Shown: piece after piece, positions 25,532 to 64,000 of the stretch
How positions within the stretch are numbered: position 1 is the first letter of the stretch
Layout: every line of letters starts with the position of its first letter
NCBI GenBank assembly: GCA_963693365.1
Contig: CAVNZM010000003.1
Coordinates: 10,446,101 to 10,510,100 of the forward strand
Direction: 5' to 3'
Length of the DNA stretch: 64,000 nucleotides
From: Amoebidium appalachense
Lineage: Eukaryota; Protista; Ichthyosporea
Position numbers and translations under genes: made by a program
Notes under the pieces: model-generated
What the model was told of the DNA's origin: nothing
Databases searched by the model: none
The model's input: the letters and a program-made list of their open reading frames with translations, nothing else

Positions 25532-26369
25532 ATTTAATATAAACTAAATGATTCCCGATTTCGCTGACAGGGTAACAATTACCATCTAGTTACCGCGCTC
25601 CTGGAAGCATATCCAATGCGTTATCTCTCATTCCATTGACCTAGGAGCCAATCCAATCGAGTTTTTGAAAGTGATTTTGGACTAGTCACGTGGCCTGGTA
25701 ACTTTGAGATCACACCACACCAAACCACCTCCGATCCGATCGCGATCGATCTATTTCCCACTTCCCACTTTTTCCACTTAAAACCGAAAAAGAGAAAAAA
25801 AAAAGAGACAAAACAAACGATACAGCATTACCCACTTCTAAGTGGAAAAGTGGCCAATGACAACAGACACGTATCGAGAGAAAAAAAGCTGTCTACACGA
25901 GAGAGAGAGAGGGAGAAAAAAAGCTAAGTCTACACGAGAGAGAGAGAGGGAGAAAAAAAGCTAAGTCTTGACCCGGGCAGGGGGCAGGTGAGGCAGGCGA
26001 GGCAGGGGGGGCAGGTGAGGCAGGGGGGGGCACGCGAGGCAGGCGAGGCAGGGGGGGCAGGAGAGGCAGGGGGGGGCAGACGAGGCAGGGGGGGCACGTG
26101 AGGCAGGGGGGGCAGACGAGGCAGGGGGGGCACGTGAGGCAGGGGAGGCACGTGAGGCAGGGGAGGGCAGGGGGGGCAGGGCACGTGAGGCACGCGAGGG
26201 GGGGGGGGGGGGGGGGGGGCATGCACGCGGGGACGTGGGCGCGGGGGCGGCGGGGGCGGGGGGGGGTTTCCAAAAACAGGGATCTGTATATACTTCACGG
26301 GGGTTTATTTTGGTATACAATACGGGTATAACAATTCCCAATCCATATATTCTGATCAGCATCAATAAT
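25532..26369. repeat. Composite repeat copy 2 (block B 25532-25677, then block A 25676-26369)
   Basis: Same sequences as 13771-14702 in swapped order, with fewer 37-bp units. Confidence 0.85.
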
Positions 26370-27169
26370 CTAAATTCGAGCATATAAATTCCAAAAGGTG
26401 AGTGTCGATTTTTTCTATATACAGGTCATTCATCCTCGGTATGATCGGATTGTACATTCATATTTGGACGGAAAAGGAGAGAGGGACGAGATGTGTTATT
26501 GACATATACTAATCCGTCTCAGCAGATTAGCCTAAGTCTACGATCGAGATCGGGGGGGGGGGGGGGGGGTGGCCCGGGTCCACAGATCATCAAGATCAAG
26601 TCCGGGGCCTCAAGATAGCTGTACAGCTGCGTGCATCGTGCCTCTGCCGGCGCAGGGCACGGGACCACGTCAGCCGGGGCAGCCGGAATTAATGAAGTCT
26701 AAACACACATGCTATTCTAAGTGTAGCCTAAGTGTGTTACCGTCCAATGAACACGTATTAAGTAACACAAATCTACCTAACATATATTAGTAGAAAAGAA
26801 ATACGATTATACACATGAAGACAAGGAGAGAAAGAAAAGAAAATAAGGAAGGAGAAAGAGGAAGGAAAAGAGAGCACAGATCAACAAACAAGATAGTAAT
26901 AGCATAACTATAACCAGAGATATTTATGTACACACGAACATGTACACGTCTCTCCCTGAGTGGGTGGATCCGTGTACACACGTATAAATATTCTAATCGA
27001 TATTACAATACACGATTAAAGCCGATACAACACGATTACAAGTATACAAGCATATCGGAGATCGATGCTACACTTTACATAATAGGAGTGTGGCATTTAC
27101 ATTAAGCATATGAACTGAAACATAACACAAACTGAGAAGATCTTACCATATGTAAATACTACGTATTAC

Positions 27170-27240
<71 letters not shown>

Positions 27241-27429
27241 AGACACACACAAATACACTGGCACACAACTACACACGGTCGTTTACAGACCGTCACACAA
27301 ATTATACACACAACTAAACACAACCGGTTACACACGACTGCGCACAACTACACACAAATGTCCATGAATACACACGAATACACCCACACCCACACCCACA
27401 CATACACATACACGTACACACATACCCCC

Positions 27430-27460
<31 letters not shown>

Positions 27461-27478
27461 ACAAACCCTATCTGCTGC

Positions 27479-64000
<36,522 letters not shown>

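Overview
Eukaryotic genomic window, very rich in microsatellites and poly-C/G runs; the kinase suggests an opisthokont or holozoan-like host (inference only). Most ORF-track entries are (CA)n, (GT)n, (CT)n or poly-C artefacts. Real content, reconstructed by hand from GT-AG exons with consistent phase: (1) the 3' part of a spliced AGC kinase with atypical-PKC signatures (about 518-12634, +); (2) a repeat-bounded region of about 12.6 kb holding a triple-AP2-domain ORF, a 1.4-kb duplication and a 5'-truncated LINE; (3) a roughly 14-exon gene starting near 27479 and running off the right edge, encoding a ParB/Srx-like domain fused to a prokaryote-type beta-class (N4C/N6A) DNA amino-methyltransferase fold with a non-canonical catalytic motif. 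The ORF track misses the last exon of this gene. Its PQQ|KP motif is split by a 24.3-kb intron (38923-63216) holding nested elements: an inverted repeat, interrupted by a defective Ty1/Copia element (40366-62633), whose gag is interrupted by an unidentified segment of about 7 kb, which in turn carries an intact, very young Ty3/Gypsy chromovirus (51794-60034) with gag and pol separated by a single in-frame UAG.
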